A stretch of DNA of 10,327 nucleotides, taken from positions 1-10,327 of the forward strand of contig JBDHHQ010000135.1 in assembly GCA_039589315.1 (NCBI GenBank), in the 5' to 3' direction. The position numbers and the translations under genes were made by a program. Shown piece by piece: positions 6,946 to 10,327 of the stretch; position 1 is the first letter of the stretch, and each line of letters starts with the position of its first letter. Below the pieces are notes generated by a model. It was not told the DNA's origin and searched no databases. It was given only the letters and a program-made list of their open reading frames with translations. Origin of the DNA: Gemmatimonadota bacterium (GTDB taxonomy: Bacteria > Gemmatimonadota > Gemmatimonadetes > Longimicrobiales > Gaopeijiaceae).

Positions 6946-7656
6946 ATGCTCACGAAGATGGGGATCTGGTGGAAGACGACGGTGGCGGGCCTCGTGGGAG
7001 CCGCGGCTCTCTTGATGGGATGCGAGCCGGAGCTCGAGGTCAGGACCTTCGAGCTGCAGCGCCTCGAGGGCTCGGAGGCGGCGGCGCTGATCTCACCCTA
7101 CGTATACTCGGACCGTGAGGGCGCGGCGGGCGACATGAGCCACGCCGAAGGGGTGCTCACGGTGCGAGAGATGCCCGAGAACCTGGACCGCATCGCCGAG
7201 GTGTTGGCCACTTATGACCGGGCTCCGGCCGCGGTCACGCTCAACTTCCAGCTGATCGAGGCGAACGGATTCAGCGGGGGTAACGACGCCTTCGCCGAGG
7301 TGGAGGCCGAGCTGCGCAGCCTGCTCCGCTATGAGGGCTACCGCATGGTGGGTGACGCGGTGCTGCAGGTGCGCGAGGGCGGTCGGGCGACCCTTCAGAT
7401 CGACCGCATCGGCGACGAAGGGCCCCAGGAAGAGCCGCCGTACCAGCTGGAGGTGTGGGTCGCGCAGATCACGGGCGACGGTGGGGACGCCGCGGCCGAC
7501 ATCGCGGTGTCACTCAACCATCCGTGGTACGACAACCTGCTCGACACCCGCGTACACGTGGGCAACGGCAAATCCATGGTCCTGGGCACCACGTCTGCGG
7601 GGCAGGGTGACGCCGAAGCCATGATCCTGGTGGTGCGGCCCACGGTGGGGCAGTAG
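6946..7656 (+). CDS. Lipoprotein with a secretin N-terminal (NolW-like) domain and a reduced secretin-like beta domain, 236 aa
   Basis: GGAGAG RBS then ATG 6946; lipobox LMG-C26. Residues about 31-94 (VRTFELQRL...AAALISPY...LTVREMPENLDRIAEVLATYDRAP) match the secretin N-domain pattern; the C-terminal DTRVHVGNGKSMVLG...MILVVRPTV matches secretin core strands. Confidence 0.8.
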   Translation: MLTKMGIWWKTTVAGLVGAAALLMGCEPELEVRTFELQRLEGSEAAALISPYVYSDREGAAGDMSHAEGVLTVREMPENLDRIAEVLATYDRAPAAVTLNFQLIEANGFSGGNDAFAEVEAELRSLLRYEGYRMVGDAVLQVREGGRATLQIDRIGDEGPQEEPPYQLEVWVAQITGDGGDAAADIAVSLNHPWYDNLLDTRVHVGNGKSMVLGTTSAGQGDAEAMILVVRPTVGQ

Positions 7657-7677
7657 AGCCAGGCACAGTAAAGCAGA

Positions 7678-7712
7678 GAGCCGTGGTCGCCGTCATCAAG
7701 GCGCCACGGCTC
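7678..7712. terminator. Hairpin between convergent genes, probable terminator (U-richer tail on the minus strand)
   Basis: GAGCCGTGG (7678-7686) / CCACGGCTC (7704-7712) plus inner CGCC/GGCG with one bulged T and an 8-nt loop; the minus strand continues TCTGCTTTACT. Confidence 0.6.
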
Positions 7713-7733
7713 ACGCCCTTCAGGCTTCGGCCA

Positions 7734-8834
7734 CTACGGGACGAAGGCGATCCCGAACGGGTTCAGCCCCACCGTGGCGCTCACCAGGAAGCTCGGGACA
7801 CCCTTCTCGGCAACGAAGAGGCTGAGCTTGTCGGCCGTCCCTCCCGAGTGTGTCACGGCGATGCGACGTCCGTTCCGGGACACGGCCACGTTGTGAGGCA
7901 CCGGGAACGGCGTACTAAGCACGTCTCCTGTCAGTGCGAGCCCCTTGGTATCCAGCGTGAACAGCGCGTCCGTGCCTGCGCCAGGCAGGTTGGTGACGTA
8001 CAGGTGTTTGCCGTTGTTCGACATGCCGACGCCGTGCGCTCCAGGCAAAGCGATATCGGTGATCGACGCCAGCGAAATCCGGTCGACTACGGAGAGCAGG
8101 TTACTGTTCTGCGCCGCCACGTAGAGGCGCCCATCGTTCCTGTTCAGCGAAACGTGCGGATCCTGGCCAACGGCGGCGCGGTTCACTTCAGCAAACGTGG
8201 CTGTCTCGAACTGGACCACGTAATCGTCAGGGCCGGCGAGCCCCAGCATGCTCACGTAGGCCCGACTGCCGTCATACGACAGGATCACGTCGTGGGGCTT
8301 GCCGCCCGAGGCCACCAGATCTGCCGGCATCGGAACCGTGGCTACGGTGGTCAGGGTCACCGGATCGATGACGCTCGCGGTGTTGTCGATGTCGTTGTTG
8401 ACCCAAAGCTGCGTGCCCGTACCGCTGACCCACATGTGGAACACGCCCTGCCCTGCCGAGGCCGTGCCGAGGACCGAATAGTCGGCAGCGTCGAACGCGA
8501 CCACACGATCATTGGCTCGGTCTCCGACGAGGACGCTGTTGTTCAGGGCCACGTAGACCACGTACATCGGCTCGGGCGGGTTGTCGGAGGCCGACTGCGG
8601 AAGGGCGTAGGTACCCGATACGCTGCCGTCGCTCGCCGACACCACCGAGATGGTACCGCTGGCGCGGTTCGCGGTGACGAAGGTGCCTGGGCTGCCCCCT
8701 CCCATGATCAATTCGGGGTGCAGCGCGCTCGGGCCCGCGGGGCCAGACGAATCCGGACTGCAAGCCGCCAGGAAGGCTGCGAGGGCGAGCAGTCCGATGA
8801 GTGAGGATGAATGGCGCATGTGCAGACTCGTCAT
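7734..8834 (-). CDS. YVTN/YncE-type seven-bladed beta-propeller lipoprotein, 366 aa
   Basis: GGAGG 5 nt before ATG 8834; lipobox LAA-C; repeated blades (FVTANRASGTISVVS, LWVNNDIDNTASVID, LYVAAQNSNLLSVVD, LYVTN) and terminal VGLNPFGIAF. Confidence 0.9.
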   Translation of the reverse strand: MTSLHMRHSSSLIGLLALAAFLAACSPDSSGPAGPSALHPELIMGGGSPGTFVTANRASGTISVVSASDGSVSGTYALPQSASDNPPEPMYVVYVALNNSVLVGDRANDRVVAFDAADYSVLGTASAGQGVFHMWVSGTGTQLWVNNDIDNTASVIDPVTLTTVATVPMPADLVASGGKPHDVILSYDGSRAYVSMLGLAGPDDYVVQFETATFAEVNRAAVGQDPHVSLNRNDGRLYVAAQNSNLLSVVDRISLASITDIALPGAHGVGMSNNGKHLYVTNLPGAGTDALFTLDTKGLALTGDVLSTPFPVPHNVAVSRNGRRIAVTHSGGTADKLSLFVAEKGVPSFLVSATVGLNPFGIAFVP

Positions 8835-9191
8835 GATCGCCTCCGTTGGTGACAACCGGGTCGGCCGCGGCAGCGTGGGGCCCCTCGACCGGGTCGGAGC
8901 GGGCGGGCCCGAAGGCGCTCCTGAGTAGGGTCGGCGGCAGTACCGAGAATGTTGCGGCTCCCATCCACGAGGACAAGGACGGTGGGGGTCCGCCTCAGAA
9001 GTCCGGACTGTGGGTAGCTCACGCTTCTCCTGGACCAGGTCCTGTCACGAAATGAAGCAACCGTCTACGGCTCGAAGTAACGAATGTCCGCATCTTGTGC
9101 CGCCATCCGGCGATCTGCCCATCCCTTGGGAATCGCCCTAGGTATTAGACTGGCAGGCACTTACACTTGTAGAGGCCATCCACCGGCAGCG

Positions 9192-9207
9192 TGGCATGCC
9201 CGTTGCT
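9192..9207 (+). promoter_or_regulatory. sigma54 (RpoN) -24/-12 promoter for the 9305..10090 gene
   Basis: TGGCATG-CCCG-TTGCT with exact GG-N10-GC spacing, about 97 nt before an ATG that has a perfect SD. Confidence 0.78.
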
Positions 9208-9304
9208 CAAAATGCTGGCTCGGCTCCCGCAGATCCACCGCATCGGGTCGCTCGTATCCCGGACGCGCCATGCGTCCAGGGCGACCCGCAAGGAGGTGAG
9301 TCTC

Positions 9305-10090
9305 ATGGGTACACGCAGGTCTAAAGAGCTACTCACGGTAGTGGGCGCGGTGAGCGTGTTGGCACTAGGCTGTACGGCCGCCGAGTCCAAGGACAATCCT
9401 GACGGCGATGCCATTCCTGCTGCCGAGCAGCCGGCCGAGGCACAGCCCGCTCAGGAGCGGATCGCGGAGCAGCCCCCGAGGGAGCGGCCCGTGGCAAGCC
9501 AGCCTCCCGCGAGCCAGCCCGCGCCGAAGCAGCCTGCGGCCGAGCCGCCCACGATGCCCACCCCCACGGTCTTCGCTCCGGCCGGGACCCGGATGACGTT
9601 CCGCCTCACGGAGTCACTCTCCACCAAGTCGACCCGGGTGGGCGACCGCTTCCAGGCCACGCTGACCGAGGACGTGGTTTCGCCGCGAGGCGAGGTGCTG
9701 GTCCCGCTGGGGTCGGTGGCTCAAGGGGTGGTGGTCCAGTCGGAGGAGAGCCAGGGGTCGGACCAACCGGCCGTCCTCGCCCTGCGCATGGAGATGCTGG
9801 CGGTGCGTGGCGACACCCACCCGCTCGAGGCCACGATCGTAGAGGCAGACGCCAACGCGGACACCCGGGACAGCGGTGGCGAGACCGCCGTGAAGATCGC
9901 GGCCGGAGCAGCCGCAGGCGCACTGCTGGGTCGCGTCATCGGCGGCGACACGGAGGGAGCGCTCGTTGGGGCCGGTGCCGGAGCGGTGGCCGGGACGGTC
10001 TTTGCCGTCACCACCAAGGGTGGTCACGCCGAGATGGGCGAGGGATCGACGCTGACCGTGCGCCTGGACGAGCCGCTGCCGCTTCCCTAG
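9305..10090 (+). CDS. Lipoprotein with Pro/Gln-rich linker, VirB10/TrbI-like domain and glycine-zipper hairpin, 261 aa
   Basis: AAGGAGGTGA SD then ATG 9305; lipobox ALG-C23; PAAEQP/ASQP-rich linker; PAGTRMTFRLTESLST, FQATLTEDV, VLVPLGSVAQG and GSTLTVRLDEPL; glycine zipper AAGAAAGALLGRVIGG...GALVGAGAGAVAG. Confidence 0.85.
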   Translation: MGTRRSKELLTVVGAVSVLALGCTAAESKDNPDGDAIPAAEQPAEAQPAQERIAEQPPRERPVASQPPASQPAPKQPAAEPPTMPTPTVFAPAGTRMTFRLTESLSTKSTRVGDRFQATLTEDVVSPRGEVLVPLGSVAQGVVVQSEESQGSDQPAVLALRMEMLAVRGDTHPLEATIVEADANADTRDSGGETAVKIAAGAAAGALLGRVIGGDTEGALVGAGAGAVAGTVFAVTTKGGHAEMGEGSTLTVRLDEPLPLP

Positions 10091-10188
10091 GGAGGGGACA
10101 AAGGGCAAACGGTGGGGCGGCTCCCGCGTGCCCGACGGGGGCATCGAGGCTGCTCCTGGCCAGCTCACTCGGGTGGATCGAGGTTGGC

Positions 10189-10327
10189 TTACTCTAGCGG
10201 CTCGAAGCCGGCCACCACGAAGTGGTGATCGAATGCGAATGCCCGGGATAGTCGGAGCCTGCGCATGACCTCGAAGCTCACCGCGTTGGTCAGGGAGAAG
10301 CGCTGATCACCGAACCGGTCCAACCAC
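10189..10327 (-). CDS. vapC: PIN-domain protein (VapC-like toxin), C-terminal 45 aa; the gene begins beyond the window
   Basis: Manual minus-strand translation from 10326: WLDRFGDQRFSLTNAVSFEVMRRLRLSRAFAFDHHFVVAGFEPLE-TAA, matching the VapC pattern D-x-x-FSLTD-x-x-SF-x-VM...AF-x-FD-x-HF-x-x-AGF. Not in the ORF track. Confidence 0.85.
   Translation of the reverse strand, partial: WLDRFGDQRFSLTNAVSFEVMRRLRLSRAFAFDHHFVVAGFEPLE

Noticed and set aside
7683..8804. 373-aa plus-strand ORF
   Set aside because: Antisense shadow of the beta-propeller gene.
7734..8834. Slightly lower GC in the propeller gene suggesting horizontal acquisition
   Set aside because: The difference is modest by eye, and there are no flanking repeats, integrase, transposase or tRNA.
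9090..9105. Possible sigma54 site on the minus strand (TGGCGGCACAAGATGC) for the propeller gene
   Set aside because: Spacing is GG-N11-GC (or N8 from the second GG), not the required N10.
9191..9304. N-terminal extension of the 9191..10090 ORF
   Set aside because: Its GTG lies inside the sigma54 promoter; the perfect SD and lipoprotein signal place the start at 9305.
9408..9570. Repeated CAGCC/GAGCAGCC units
   Set aside because: Explained by the EQP/SQP-rich protein linker; no regular repeat-spacer structure, so not CRISPR or a DNA-level array.
10114..10156. Imperfect hairpin between the VirB10-like gene and vapC
   Set aside because: Relies on G-U pairs and bulges and has no U-tract on the strand where it folds best; not callable as a terminator.

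Overview
High-GC bacterial DNA (Gemmatimonadota-like by gene content; inference only) in which almost every gene encodes a cell-envelope protein. In order: a DUF2207-type membrane protein (+), an outer-membrane beta-barrel (-), a small acidic secreted protein behind a near-consensus sigma54 promoter (-), and a PDZ-less HtrA/trypsin-like serine protease with a DUF3108-like tail (-). Divergent from the protease is a three-gene operon (+): ECF sigma factor (probably starting at a non-canonical ATC), zinc-binding anti-sigma factor, and a 236-aa lipoprotein resembling a minimal secretin. These are followed by a His-rich YVTN/YncE beta-propeller lipoprotein (-), an orphan VirB10/TrbI-like lipoprotein behind a second sigma54 promoter (+), and the 3' end of a PIN-domain (VapC-like) gene (-) that is missing from the ORF track and has Asn at a normally catalytic Asp. 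The best candidate for an undescribed system is the ECF / anti-sigma / mini-secretin module with its divergent protease. No rRNA, tRNA, CRISPR array or mobile element was seen. All family calls are by-eye motif recognition, not database results.
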